A stretch of 63,036 nt of DNA, filler included, from Basidiobolus ranarum (GCA_040143965.1; 12 parts of 12 records of this genome joined end to end with filler, not necessarily neighbours in it); one strand, 5' to 3'; numbered from the whole stretch's first letter, positions 23,243 through 36,967 are shown. Notes: a model not told the origin generated them from the sequence alone. A program made the numbers and translations.

Positions 23243-26200
23243 CCCTAACAAAAATAATTTAAATATTCATTTCATACTGTTTTCTTACTGTTTTTTATCA
23301 ATATTATGCTGATATTGCAACAAAATCCTTATGGTTTCTCTAGCTGTTTTTTTTCCTCCCATTTTCTTATGGTATTCCTACCTCCATATTTGTGTTTTCT
23401 GGTATTCATTTCCATTTTTTTCATAGAGATAGGAAAGGCCTGCTGGCCAATAATTTTGACCAACTCAACTCTTCCTCCTTATGAATGGTATATAAGTCAT
23501 AAAATTTTCATACTATCTATCATATATGGACTTAAATCACCAGTGCTTATAGGTAGCTTCTTGGAGTCTTCAATGGCAGAATTTGAATGGTTATCTATTG
23601 AGGTTCAGATGGGTGAATATTTTTTTAAAGGTAACATCATTGTATGCAATGGTGACACTCCTGCCATCAGTAAACATTGAGGTTTTGCAGGCACACTGCA
23701 CTCTCTTGCAATACATTTTTCAAATCAATGGAGTTTACACTCTGAGACATATGCATTACTGCTATTCATATACAACACTGAGCTCCATGATTTAATCATC
23801 AAGAGAATGGTCAGAATTCAACATGTTCATTGATGCCAAATCACCAAACACTAGTCTAACATCACACTTGAAATTAGCTGTAAGCCAAATATTGTATTGT
23901 TACAGGAGATGAGCCAGAGCCAGAGCTTGCCATTAGGCACTATGCACTTACTATTCAAAAATATTTCAATACTACTTAATAAGCCATTTAATGGAAAATT
24001 CAACATGAATGAACCATTCAAGATAGGATCAAAGTGCACATCAGTAGGGAAAATGCGTGAAAATATCAAGATGCCCTGATATTTACCCAGTACTCCCATC
24101 AATATCCACTCTTATAGGCATATATTCTTATGCCCTGACTGAAAGTAATGGATTTATACATATTTTAGTGGAATCTGGAGAATATTTTTGCCTGATAAGT
24201 ATTGGCAACATTGGGAGTTCTTTGTGCACATTGTTAATATATTTTTATGGCATAAACTTGCATAGGCCGGCTGCAGGCACATAGAGCAACTGTGAAAAGA
24301 TTTTGTAATTGGAAAAGAACAACCTTATTTCAGGTTTAAAGAACATACACTGAGTATATGCCAGTATTTTATACATTCCCTGCTGCCTCTTGGCGATTGT
24401 GTGCAAACAGTACATGACTTCAAGTTTTTAGATCACTGGTGATAAAAGATCAACCATTTGGACATGAAGTTAGTTTGTTTGCTGAAGGATTTTAAGTCAT
24501 AAAATTGACAAGTGGTTTCCACTTGTACCAGACCTGTGGCAAGCAATAATTGCCAATCAACCGTAGTAAAAGTGTAAGAAAGCCAATGAACACCTGGTGG
24601 CTAAGATTTGATTGGACTCTCCACTGCTTAACAATCAAAGCTCCCTCCTTTACTGTAAGTCTTAGGAGTAGACTAATACTTGCCAATAACAAAAAGTCCA
24701 TCCAAACCCTTATCTTCTTCTTCATCTTCAAATATATCACCCTCAGTACTAAAATAACCTAGGTAAAGTGCCTACTTTGCCAATTATTGAACATCTCCTC
24801 ATACACAATTTGCAGAATTATTACAACAAGGGAGTCTAAGGCAGAACACCATAATAATTTTATGTGATCAGAAGTAAAAACTATCTAGTTGCCATACAGG
24901 TCAAGACCAGTACGTGCACCGCAATATTGCAATTAATGCAGCATTCTGAAGCAACTAGTCAATAGTTAGAGAGGCACTCAACAATTATACAAGACCTTCA
25001 GAATGCTGTACTTCAGCTACAGCAACTTGCTGCTCCCTCTATCCATTCTCATATGGAAATTTCATCAACCTCACACCATATATACTAACATCACCATGGC
25101 AATCTAGTAAAGCAGGATATGTTTTGGACCATTAAGCCTACACAGCAACCCAAAATTGCCCGGGCACATCAAAGTAGGTATTATACACAAAAACCAGTAA
25201 ACCAAAAGACTCAGAATGCCAGAGCTGCTGTCACTTGCTCAGATGATGAGTGGTTTAACATTTTGGAAACTGTGTGGAATCTTGCCAAAATCACCTCAAT
25301 TTAAGACAATTATAGTTAAACCAAAAAGCAATCGTTACTCTGAAGGTTATTGACTAATTCCTTCAGGTTAACCCTGGGTTTCTAAGTGCAAGTGGCAATT
25401 GTGCTAGTATAGGCCTATTCATGACACATCTCAAAAATGTACACAATTGATGACTTGGGAAAGAAATATGAGCTACTAAAGAAGGAATCAAGGAGCAGGA
25501 AGTTAGTAAAACCATGGGAAAAGCAAAGGAGCCAGGCTGTTTAGGCTTGACTGTTCCATGTACCAGATTCCTCACACCTTCACAAAGATCTATATTCTCA
25601 GAGTAAGATAAAACAAAACATATACCTGCAAAAGGCTTAAGGCTACCTTGGAACCAAGTACACCAGTAGAAGAGAGCTCAATATGGAAGTTTATCCTGCA
25701 TCTGGCTTCTCTCAAAAAGCCAAAACACCATCAAATAAAACTAATGGCTCTGCAACCTCAGCTGGTACTGCTCAAAGTGTTGAAGTTAGCCACAAAGTTA
25801 AATGTAAGCAAAAAACCATACAAGCATCTCAAAGCACCCTCATTAGTGCCACACTACAAGAATGTATAAAAATAATAGAAGTGCTTGAGGAATATTTTCA
25901 AAAGTATGAATGGAGGAATGCAATGCAAGTGTGCAGAAAGTGGCTTCAGTTGGAGAGTATTCAAGTTGACATTCACTCTGGTGTTGACCATGCAGATATC
26001 TGGGAAGAACTTAATACAGAGTGGCACAATATTGCAGGGTATCCGCCAGATAGCTGGAAGAATGTTGATTCAGCAACATTAATACAATGGTGGGCTTTGA
26101 TGGAGATATTGACACAAACTTGTGTTGGGTATGAGCTAAACCTTTGGTATGAAGAACTCTATAAAAATATTCAGGAGAATATATCAAAGAGACTAGGGAT

Positions 26201-26253
26201 TTCGAAGGTGACAAATTAGCGTTCAAGTGGTAATTGTGTAAAATTTGAGTTAC
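23243..26253 (+). mobile_element. CACTA/CMC-like DNA transposon remnant with terminus CCCTAACAAAAATAA, decayed transposase and accessory ORF (incl. 25683-26219)
   Basis: WPII..N..LPP, GDTPAISK..GF and MHLLFKNI motifs of CACTA-type transposases. The 15-nt terminus is identical, inverted, to 53224-53238. Confidence 0.7.
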
Positions 26254-26353
26254 NNNNNNNNNNNNNNNNNNNNNNNNNNNNNNNNNNNNNNNNNNNNTTA
26301 ATTAATTAANNNNNNNNNNNNNNNNNNNNNNNNNNNNNNNNNNNNNNNNNNNN

Positions 26354-26416
26354 GTAGAGTTACTTTACAAGATTCAGCGCAAAGAGAGGTCTGCAAAAGC
26401 TATGCTTGCCTAGCAT
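26354..26416 (-). CDS. HSF-domain paralogue 1, first exon only (contig end)
   Basis: MLGKHSFCRPLFALNLVK followed by GT. Paralogous to exon 1 of the next two genes, and the upstream DNA is also duplicated. Confidence 0.75.
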
Positions 26417-27350
26417 TTTTGAGAGTGGTAGTCTATGTTTACAACACCAGATATATATTTGTATCAACAGAGAAAAAAGTCCATTTCATACTCTCCCTCC
26501 AAATGGATACATTTTTTGAACTCTTTTCCGCTGTCTTCCTTTGCATTGATTCATTTCTTGAACTATTTTGTGGTATTAATGCAATAATACCAACGAAGAG
26601 TGCGATCGTTTGTAAACGGAGCTACAGTATCGATTCCTATCTATATTACCATTTTAGGTAGCACCGTTTAGATATTCCAACGGTCTTACCCAAATATCCC
26701 GGTCATGTACTAGATATGGGTTAAGCATGAAAATAATCCTATTCGCTCCCAAGGTCGTAATCACCTTACAAGTAAGATAACTGGTGTCACCATGATTCTC
26801 TCAAAGATGTGAGCTTTTGGTGATTGAACTCGGGCCTTGGACCATGTGGGCTATATATAGCTGCTATTGGCTTTACCGTTTCTCGAGTTGTTTGAACCTG
26901 AATTTCGTAAGTCTGATGATACATTCACAAATGATACCCACTAGCGAGGATAAAAAGGAGCAGTGTTAAAATAGTGTATTCGCGTAATGATGAATCAAAT
27001 ACCCTATTATCATTAACTGATTGTCGGATAAGTGAAAGCTAAGAAGAAACGGAGGAATTCAATATTGTATAAACAAAACAAATTGTTTATATTTTATCTC
27101 GCATAATGCAGGTAAACAGCCATAAAAAAGAAAATCAGGACAAACACTCGATCATGACTGCTATAAATTTCAAAATAATATCTAGTTTCTTGAGCAAACT
27201 GATTTATTCTGTTAGTGTCTATAGAGCATGAACTATTTACTAATATGATGAGGACAATTCTCATACAGAACCGCCTCGTCAATAGTGGCTCGGTTTATCT
27301 GCAATAAATTTATGCAAAAAGGTGTTGATTATACTTTACAGTAACATTCG

Positions 27351-28289
27351 TTAATTACAGCCATTTCTAGGGCACAGTTGAACATCGTCCATAGATGAAG
27401 GGTAAGAGCAGATATACGAACATAAATTAGGATCAGAATTAGCCCATAAACCAAGTAAGCCATCTTCTAGTGAGATAGGCACGGTGAAAGATGGGATTAA
27501 AGACTGTGATATATCGATAGTACAAGCCTCTTGGTCATTTGCAAGAATATCAATATAGTATACTGAATTCTCTATTAAGTATCTGCAATACTCAATCGTC
27601 TTTCTCAAAGCTGCTACTTCACATTTAAGAGCTGTACAACTGGAACATTCCACTGCTGTATCCTTGGTGTATATCGAGTCGCATTGATCCTTAGATATTG
27701 AGTGTAAACTGACACGTGGAGTGGAGGACGATACTGATGAGACTGGAGAAGGTAGTAAGATAGATTTGATGTCTCTATTTTCCGCTAAAATTGAGGCCTG
27801 GTTTCCCACTTTAGAGTATGGACCCGAGATACGTTGAACAAGATGAAAGGAATTAGGTTGATCTCGCTTGAAATATTGATGTGAATAGATTATCGAGGAT
27901 GTAGCAATACTCTGCTTTGTCCTCCGCCGGTCGGAAACTCTACTAAATCCGTAGATCTATTCAAGAGAATTGATTAATAATATATTGTTGAATGTTTCTA
28001 TCTCCAAAGATTTACATTGAGCTGACGGGTGAATGAAGCTAATTTATTAGTCTCGTAATATTGGGGAAGTACTTTGGAGGTAAATTCGGTTGAATCTTTG
28101 ATGACAAAGCTGGTGCCTGACCGCTCCCAAGATATTATATGGAAATAATTTGGTTCGGAAAGTATTCTACAGAATGGTCGATGTTAGTAATGACCAAATT
28201 AAAAAGGAGAAGGGAAGATGAATTAAATAACGTTACTTTACAAGATTCAGTACAAAGGGAGGGGTGCGAATACTATGTTTGCCTAACAT
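27351..28289 (-). CDS. Short HSF-type DNA-binding protein, paralogue 2 (exons 28289-28237, 28166-28016, 27956-27351; 269 aa)
   Basis: Spliced PFVLNLVKIL...IISW..SGTSFVIKD..EF...VLPQYY.TN..ASFTRQLNIYGF.R...YSHQYFKRDQP is an HSF DNA-binding domain. Confidence 0.92.
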
Positions 28290-29910
28290 TTTTGAGAGCA
28301 AGAATGACTGTTTACGGCAGATATGACAGTCCATTTTATACTCCTAATTGAATAGATACAACTTGTGAGTTACTTTTTGCGGATTTATTTCGGACTGATT
28401 CATTTCTTGAACTACCATGTTAAATCTAACACAACTATAACAATTTTAGGGATGCGATGTATTACCAATGGAGCTACAGTCACAATACTGACTCCTGTTT
28501 GTAGAATTACCATTTGGGTATACTGCTTAGTATTAGTGAAGGCCTTACTTGTTGAAACATTCTTTAGCTGGGTTTTATTTCTTTTATCAATTGTAGAGCA
28601 AACGCAAGCTAATGACATGCTTTGGTCGATATATATATCTGACTCCACATTTATATTCATTAAAGTGCTAGATTTCTGTTTACTTATTTTGCATTGGTCA
28701 GATTAAGAGTTAATTTTGCGGATGTTGTATTCTTAAGTTATATTCGATTGGTTACTCATAAATCATGCAAATATCCATGTTAACTCATCATGATTGAATT
28801 TGAGCCTTGGACCAAGTGAGTCTATATATAACTCTGATTTTCCTTACCGCTTTTAGCGATTAGTGAAATGATCCATTCACAAATAGATGATTAAGATAAC
28901 AGTCATGCTGAGATATACTGATGGTGTATGTATAAAATACTACTTTATGGATCCAATCTAAACAGGTTGAGCATTGATTTGGATAATTTGAGTTGAGAAG
29001 CGGAAAGGGGAGGAACTTGGTGTTAGAATTTCAAACACGAAGTTCAACCGGATATTGCCCAGTTGTATGGCATTCATCGATGACATGCTTGATATTCAAC
29101 CAACAATGATATTGAGTGATTTTGTGTAGCCTGCATGTTATTGGTCTAACATCGATGTAGCAAGTAGATTGCGGTATGAACAATCTAGTGATACCCTAAA
29201 AAGCTATATTGATCTTTTACACATTGGTATAATACCAGGATTGTTTCACTGGACCAGGTTGTGTGATAACAGTCACCATTTGAAACATCTTCACAATGAG
29301 GTAATACATATTATAATTCTAATATTTATGGAATCTGGTTTCAAATATGGGAAACATGATTGGTACATTTGAAACCTCTATCTAATTTTGTTCATCATTT
29401 TGATATTACGTATTTTCCCTTCCTGTTTCACTCAGTACTATATGCATCTAGACTAAATTGGCAGCTACATATTGATGATTAATGTAGAATCTTAGTAGTC
29501 CTAAGATCATGCTATTTCTCCAGAACATATTAGCTTTAGAGTTGTATTTTCAGGTGCTTTTGATACTGACTATTATAGCAGTGCAAAGTACTCCATCCCC
29601 CATTTCTGAACCTTGAACAGAAATTTGGAAATTCTACTGAGACTACAGAAATATTTTTCAATATTTGACCCAATGAAGAGAACTGCCTTGGTTAGTCTGT
29701 ATACATGAACTTATGAAGAGTTTGTAGTCCCTAGTTCACTACACTTGCTCTTATGTGCACAGTTTTGTCTACTTTATTGGTGCCAATACACTACATTAAC
29801 ATGTACAATGAAGACATCTACAAATAGAGCCTCTGATCAATAGTGACTTCACTAATCTGCACTGAATTGGCACGAAATGGAGGTATACACTTGACAACAA
29901 TATCTATTAA

Positions 29911-30831
29911 TTATTGCCATTGAGTATTCTCCATAGGCGAAGAATATGGGTAGATATAAGAATATACATTGGGATCAGAATTAGCCCATAAACCAAGTGC
30001 GGCCTCTTCTGGTGAGATAGCCACGGTGAAAGAGGAAATTAAAGATTGTGCTATATCAATGGCACAAATATCTGAGTTATTCGAGGGAATATTCATATGA
30101 ATTGCTGGATTCACTATTAAGGATTTGTAACATTCAATCATCTTGCTCAAAGTGGCTACTTCACCTCTAAGGACCGTACAACTCGAACATTTCACTACTG
30201 TATCTTTCATGCATACTGATTCACACTCTTCTGGAGATATTGAGTGTAAACAGACGCGCGGAGCGGAGGATAACATCGGTGAGAGTGGCGAAGGTAGTAA
30301 GGTACACTTGACGTTTTGGCTTCTCCCTAGAATAGGGGATTTGGTTCTCACTTTAGAGTATGGACCCGATAGGCGTTGAATAAGATGAAAGGAATCTGGT
30401 TGATCTCGCTTGAAATATTGATGTGAGTAAATCATCCATGATGTAACACCACTCTGCTTTGTCCTCCGCCGGTCAGAAATTTTTTCAAATCCGTAGATCT
30501 ATTCAAGAGAATTGATTAATAATACATGGTTGAATGTTTCTATCTCCAAAGATATACATTGAGTTGACGAGTGAACGAGGCCAATTTACTAGTCTCGTAA
30601 TACTGGGGAAGTACTTTGGAGGCAAATTCGATTGAGTCCTTAATGATAAAGCTGGTGCCTGACCATTCCCACGATATTATATGAGAATAATTTGGCTCGG
30701 AAAGGATTCTACATAATGGCTAATGTTAACAATGACCAATTTCTATGAGAAATGGAAAGATGAAAGAAATATCGTTACTTCACAAGATTTAGCACAAAAG
30801 GAGACGAGCGAATACTGTATCTACCTGACAT
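29911..30831 (-). CDS. Short HSF-type DNA-binding protein, paralogue 3 (exons 30831-30779, 30708-30558, 30498-29911; 263 aa)
   Basis: Same intron positions and lengths (70 and 59 nt) and the same HSF domain as paralogue 2. Confidence 0.92.
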
Positions 30832-31615
30832 TTTTGAGATTGGTAATAGTTATGCTTGTACCAACGGAGAAGACCACTCATTTTATACTTTCCTTCTGAA
30901 TGGATATATTTTGTGACTTTCTTTCTGCTGTTTTCCTTCGCGCTGATTCATTTCTTGAACTACTATTTTGTATCGAATGCAACAACAACACAATGAAGAG
31001 TGTGATCTATCGCAAATGGAGCAACAGTCATAATACTGACTATTCTCTGTATGGTTATCATTTGGATAGTACCGATTAGGTAAGAAAAACCACTAGCAAG
31101 ATGAGTTTAAGGACGACCCTACTCACTCTCAAGTTCATATTTACCTCACATGGATATGGGTCACCTACATTAGGTGTTCCCTATGACACTCGCATCAGTT
31201 ATAGTGTATATGTTGTAATAACGATGATAGAAAAGTGAGATTTTACTCTCTTTTGAGTGACAAAAACTTTATTTACATTAGTTGAAACATTTTTCATCTG
31301 TAATACTGCGTCTGTTCGGCTTTATCATCATACTCCATTGTAGAACAAGCTTGAGTTGATTCCCCCCATGATAGATAACTGACTCTAAACTTTCAATCAG
31401 ATCATGTTGAAGTAAGCTGTAAACTAGGCAGTTTTGTTTTACTGCCAGTATTGATCAAGGTTAGGGTTGATTTCGTGACTGTTAGGTTGTTGCGTTATAC
31501 TCTATTGGTTACCCANNNNNNNNNNNNNNNNNNNNNNNNNNNNNNNNNNNNNNNNNNNNTTAATTAATTAANNNNNNNNNNNNNNNNNNNNNNNNNNNNN
31601 NNNNNNNNNNNNNNN

Positions 31616-32796
31616 CTAGAAAATCATATTTAGAGATGGGAATCGGATTTTCCATCTTTAGGGTTTCTTTACTTACGTGTGTCCTTTGAATATCAAGCTT
31701 GGCTCACCACTGATTCCGGTGCTAACTACACCACTCATACCACCTACCGCTTCAAAGGCATTATGGCCTTGCTCACTATCACGTTTGTACATATTTACTT
31801 GGTAGATATTAGAGTCTCCAGTAGCGGCAAAAATCCGAGTTTCTGTGATATCCATAGCAATGGCGGATACGTATGAAGGCAACAACAAGGTAGTAAGTAA
31901 GGTACCATTCGACAGATCCCAAATCTACACACAATAGGTTAATTCTTGCTCGAGAGATCATTTCTCTTCCTTACTATTGGGTTACCTTGCAGGTGTGATC
32001 AAGGGAGGAGGTCACTACGCGAGCAAATTTGAGTCCACCACTTCCACACAGTATATCGGTGATCGGAAGTGAATGATCAGACCACGAATAAAGTGGAGAC
32101 ACACTCTCAGTATTTGCTTCATCTACCAATCTACGTTAAGTTAGCAATGGAACTGATTGAAAAGTGAAGTAGTTGAGTGGATTTACTTGTGCAATAACCA
32201 AACATTAACGGCAGAGTCCTCACTACCGGTGAACAAAACTGTATCATCTTGTGAGAACTTGAGAACGGTGATTTTCTTGTAGTGAGCGTCAAAAGTGTTC
32301 AACAAGTTTCCAGTGGATACCTATACCAACATAGTTCAAGGTGAATTTCACGGCAAAGGTAAGCGGTGAGATTTTCAACTCCTAACATACCTCCCACAAG
32401 TAAATTTTACCACTTTCGGTTCCACCAACACAAAAGGTTCCCTTGTTAGTGGTGGCTATGGTGGTGATTCTTTCGGGAAAAGGAAACTTCAAGTGAATTT
32501 GGTCCTAACATTAGCGGTTGGAGAAACCCAGTTAATTTATTATCAAGAGAAGAAGTTAGACCGGTGGAAATCCTCCTTACTTTGGTCCAGTTGTAAACGT
32601 GCATTAATGCTTTGTCATTTTGTGCCGAGAATAACAAGCCAGGACGACCGTTGCTCAGAGGAGTGTTGGCTAAGGTGAAAGCGTGAGTATTGCATGTGCT
32701 TTGTTTGTACGAGCCCAACACTGTTCCGGAGCGAATGTCCCAGACGTAAATGTGTGAATCAGTATTGGAGGTGGTGATGGCTACTTCGGTAAACAT
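31616..32796 (-). CDS. IPI3: Pre-rRNA-processing WD40 protein Ipi3/WDR18, multi-exon, 3' truncated
   Basis: IYVWDIRSG...[49 protein letters not shown] and [10 protein letters not shown] motifs, with GT-AG introns. Confidence 0.88.
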
Positions 32797-33084
32797 GTCT
32801 ATATATTTCTCTAAACCACCTTGGGTCGTGGTAACTCTCTATCTTGGGATATGGTTACTTCAGGGAAATTCAATTTTCTTGATTGATTTTTTTTCTTTTT
32901 TTTTGGTTAACCTAACTTAGTTTCCAAGTGCGGTCCAATCCCACCATAACCCTAACCCTATAATTCATCGATCAATTCATCGATCACATCTTGGTTCCTT
33001 TTTCCCAGTATATATACACTACGTTTTTCACTGGTTAGTCACTGGTTAATCACTTGATTAGATATTATTTATTCAGAAATAAGA

Positions 33085-34791
33085 TTAATTGATGACCTCC
33101 TTCACAGATTTCATCAAGATATCCATGGCAATCATAGTATCTTCTTTAGAGATATTAAGGGGAGGAATGAATCTCATGGTATCATAAACGGAGGTAGTCA
33201 ATACCAACATATCATTTTTGAAACATTGACCTACAATAGCCTCACTCACTTTGGAGTTCAATTTCTCATGCAACTTGGATAATCCATTACCATAGAATTC
33301 CACACCTATCATCAATCCTAATCCACGAATATCCACCTGGATATCGTGCTTTTCCAACAGCGGTGAAAGCTCCTGTCTCAATCGACCAAAGATCTCCTCT
33401 GAGCGTTCTTGGACATTGAGTAAAAGGTTTTCTTCCTCCATCACCTCCAAAGTAGCGATAGCTGCGGCACATGCGACAGCATTACCAGAATAGGTACCCC
33501 CCTAAACAAAAGAGATGTCAGATGAAAATGGAAGTAAACAGGATTGATGATCGGATATTACCATAGAACCAGGTGGTTGCTTATCCATGATCTCTTTACG
33601 ACTAACAATGCCAGATATGGGGAATCCAGAGGCGATCCCTTTAGCCATGACCATGATATCAGGCACTACATCTGTATGCTCAATAGCGAAATACTTTCCA
33701 GTTCGTCCAAAACCACTTTGTACTTCATCGGCAATAAATAGAATACCATGCTTTGTGCAAATCTCTCGCACCTTCTGAACGTATTCTAGAGGAGTGTTAG
33801 TATGTGTGGGAGAGGGGGCATTCTCATGGTTGGTTTACTTACCCTTGGGAGGAACAACGTATCCTCCTTCGCCTAAGACTGACTCCATGATCAGTGCTGC
33901 AGTATCGGAGGGTGCAGTTTGTTGCTTTAATAAAAGCTCAAGCTGTTCTATGGCATACTCGGTGGTCAAATCATCGCGGAAAGTACCAGGTGGTAAGGCT
34001 TTCTGTGTGGGTGAGTGAAGGGTATATGGGAAAGGTGTGACATAGACACCAGGCTGTAGTGATAAACTCATTGTTAATATATGTTGAGGTGGAGAAATTC
34101 TCATTGGATCACGTTACCATCAGTGGTCCAAACCCTGTGCTATAGATGGTTTTGGAGGTGGTTAAAGCCATGGTTCCAATAGTACGTCCGTGATAAGAAC
34201 CTAAAAGTTCTCAACGTTAGGAAATGAAAGAGAATAGGTACAAAGTACATCGACTGACCTTGCATAACAATGATGTTGTGTTTCCCAGTGGCGTGTCTAG
34301 CAAGCTTGATAGCTGCTTCTACAGCCTCTGCACCAGAGTTCCAGAAAAAGAAGGTATCCAGCTCTTTAGAAGGCATGATGGGCTTCAATTTCTCGATAAG
34401 CTTGACCATAGGTTCGTGGATAAAGAGGTTCACCTATTTCGTTTGTGTTAGAGTGCATCCTGTTACTCCGTATCAGCTAGTATGCTTAAAGAATGAGGTT
34501 TACCTGGCCGTGAATTAAATTTCCGACTTGCTCCTGAGCTGCCTTGACAATCTTGGGGTGGCAGTGACCTGTACGGTGGCGGTGTTAGTGAAATAAGCAA
34601 AATCAAAGAGTGAAAAGTAACCTACCAGTGCTAGTTACTCCAATACCAGCAGTTAAATCCAAATATTTGTTTCCTTCTACGGTGTAAACATATGATCCCG
34701 AAGCTTTGGAAATAACAAGGTCCGTGGATCTCCCAACACCTCTAGCAACATGCTGGAGACCTATGGTACGTAACGCGTTTGAGCTGGTCAT
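33085..34791 (-). CDS. Class-III PLP aminotransferase (4-aminobutyrate/acetylornithine aminotransferase-like), multi-exon
   Basis: YLDLTAGIGVTSTGHCHP, NSGAEAVEAAIK, ESVLGEGGY, IADEVQSGFGRTG and MAKGIASG (PLP Lys). Confidence 0.92.
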
Positions 34792-35703
34792 AATTGAGAA
34801 TGGAAACTTACTTGGTTCCGAAGAAACCCTACGTCCTTTATACAGTGCTCCGTCATCAGCTTTCCCACATCCCAAGGTGGGACTGCACCACGCCAAATTA
34901 CATTCTGAATCTTCTTTCCATACATAGCTCATACTATTCTCACCATTCTCACCCTCATCCATAGATTAACGGAAAATCCTCATCAACTTGTGAATTTTAT
35001 GGTAACTCAGATTCAAGTTGGGTTATTAATTGTATGGCAATTAGGTCACAAATTGAATGCCAAATTCCATAAATCTGTTTGTATTTGTATGATATATAGG
35101 AAAATCACTATTATAAATCGGAAAAACTCAAAAGCGAAGTGATGTGAGTCATAATATCCAGTTAAATGGAATCGAGATCCATGTAACTGGTGGCTAGCCT
35201 AGAGGCTGACGAATATTGCTACTTTTGTGCAAATGAAAGTTGATTACATGACGATACCTTAATCTACTGAAATATAATTGATCCAGCTATTCTAGCCATT
35301 GCATCATCTTGATTAACCAAAGTCACCTTGGTCAATAGCGAAGAGCAGCAAGAGCTTGTACTATGAATTAGTGAAATTAGGTACCTAGGGTTAGGCACCT
35401 TTTTGTTGAGGTATTACAGTCCAGTACTGGCTTTTGAAGCAAAAGCTGTAGCATTTACTTTCAATTTTGGACTTATCCAAATCTTGCCAAACACTTCTCT
35501 CAACTTCCTAGGTACTCAAACAGCCCAAAAATGCTGTAATTTCTCTCTTCATATTCACTGTGCATGCAAGTATCGTTTCCAAATTAATATAATAATTTTT
35601 GTAAGGGATTCAATTCAATATACCTACCCTAATTAATTCAGCAATGGGTACAAATCAAATGATACTTCTAATTGTATGGCTCTTGCACATTTTTGAATGA
35701 TAG

Positions 35704-36401
35704 TGTTGAAATTAGCATTGTCTAAATACCTATAGAGTCATACATAGCTTAGTATCTAGTCATCCTATATTGAACTAAGATATTACCCATTATTCACAAG
35801 AGGAATTTACTTAGAATATTGCTACCAACTTGGAAGTTCTCAGATAAATAGACTTTTCTGTTAAAGTATTTGGGAGCCTGTTGGAGGTGGTTTGGAGAAT
35901 TAGAGAAATTGGTGGTTTTCACTTATTGATTTATTGAGTATTCAGTTGAAATTTACAGCTTTGTGTAGATGTATACAACTAACATGTATATTGTGTTAAG
36001 GAAGGTCCCAGAAACATGTATGCAAAGTCTGAGGCTTCCAGCACAAGTTTGAAAAAATCTCTATATCCAAGAACTTTTAGGTTGGTAAAAATATTCAAGG
36101 AAAATTACAATTGAGAATAATGAGTAATATCTAAATGAAATATAAGATAACTAAGCACTAAGCTATATATGAATATATAGGAGTTTAGGCAATGCTAATT
36201 TCAGCATTTTCAAACTTGTGCTAGAAGCCCCAAACTCACACATGTTCCTGGGACCTTCTTTAGCACATTCTACAGGTTGATTGCTTAAATCTTGACCAAG
36301 CTATAGATTTTAACAGAATACTCATTAAATCAATAAGTGAAAATCACCAATTTCTCTGATTCTCCAAACCACTTCCAACAGGCTCCCATAATACTTTCAC
36401 A
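35704..36401 (+). mobile_element. Solo LTR-A (TSD GATAG/GATGG) split by an inverted LTR-A
   Basis: 35704-35858 plus 36212-36401 rebuild a ~345-bp TG...CA LTR. Confidence 0.88.
35859..36206 (-). mobile_element. Solo LTR-A (348 bp), TSD TTTTC
   Basis: TTTTC at 35854-35858 and 36207-36211. Confidence 0.9.
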
Positions 36402-36743
36402 GATGGTACATATATCTCAACAAGCAATGATTACTAACTTTAATATGCTTAATTCCTCTATTGATAGAAAAGCTCAGCTTCAGAATATTCTTCACTAATA
36501 TGATAGCTTAATACTTTAAGTATAAAATACTAGTTACTTATATTTGCTCCATCATCTGGTTCCCAAGTAGCTCACCCTCTTACCTTTATCTAAATATGCT
36601 TTCACCAGCAACTGCAACTACCACCATACTATGTGCTTTGGCAAGGTGCTAGAGTCTCTGAGCTACCTATTTTTATACCCAGTATGAATCATACCAATAT
36701 TAGCCTACACTTAGATGTGCTATTCCTTGATGCCTATACATTT

Positions 36744-36775
36744 TGTTGAAATTAGCATTGCCTAAACATCTATAT
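36744..36775 (+). mobile_element. Start of another LTR-A at contig end
   Basis: TGTTGAAATTAGCATTGCCTAAAC. Confidence 0.8.
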
Positions 36776-36875
36776 NNNNNNNNNNNNNNNNNNNNNNNNN
36801 NNNNNNNNNNNNNNNNNNNTTAATTAATTAANNNNNNNNNNNNNNNNNNNNNNNNNNNNNNNNNNNNNNNNNNNN

Positions 36876-36967
36876 GAGACATTGACCTTACTCCAGCAGC
36901 GTTCAAAAAGATAGCCAACCTTAAGGATGGTAGAGTAAAGGTTACCTGGAAACAAGTCAGTTGTTAG
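36876..36967 (+). CDS. C-terminus of an RlpA-like double-psi beta-barrel (expansin/loosenin-like) protein
   Basis: DIDLTPAAFKKIANLKDGRVKVTWKQVSC*. Confidence 0.8.

Noticed and set aside
28401-28414. TTCTTGAA heat-shock-element-like site upstream of all three HSF paralogues
   Set aside because: Only two nGAAn units, and explained by duplication of the whole upstream region.
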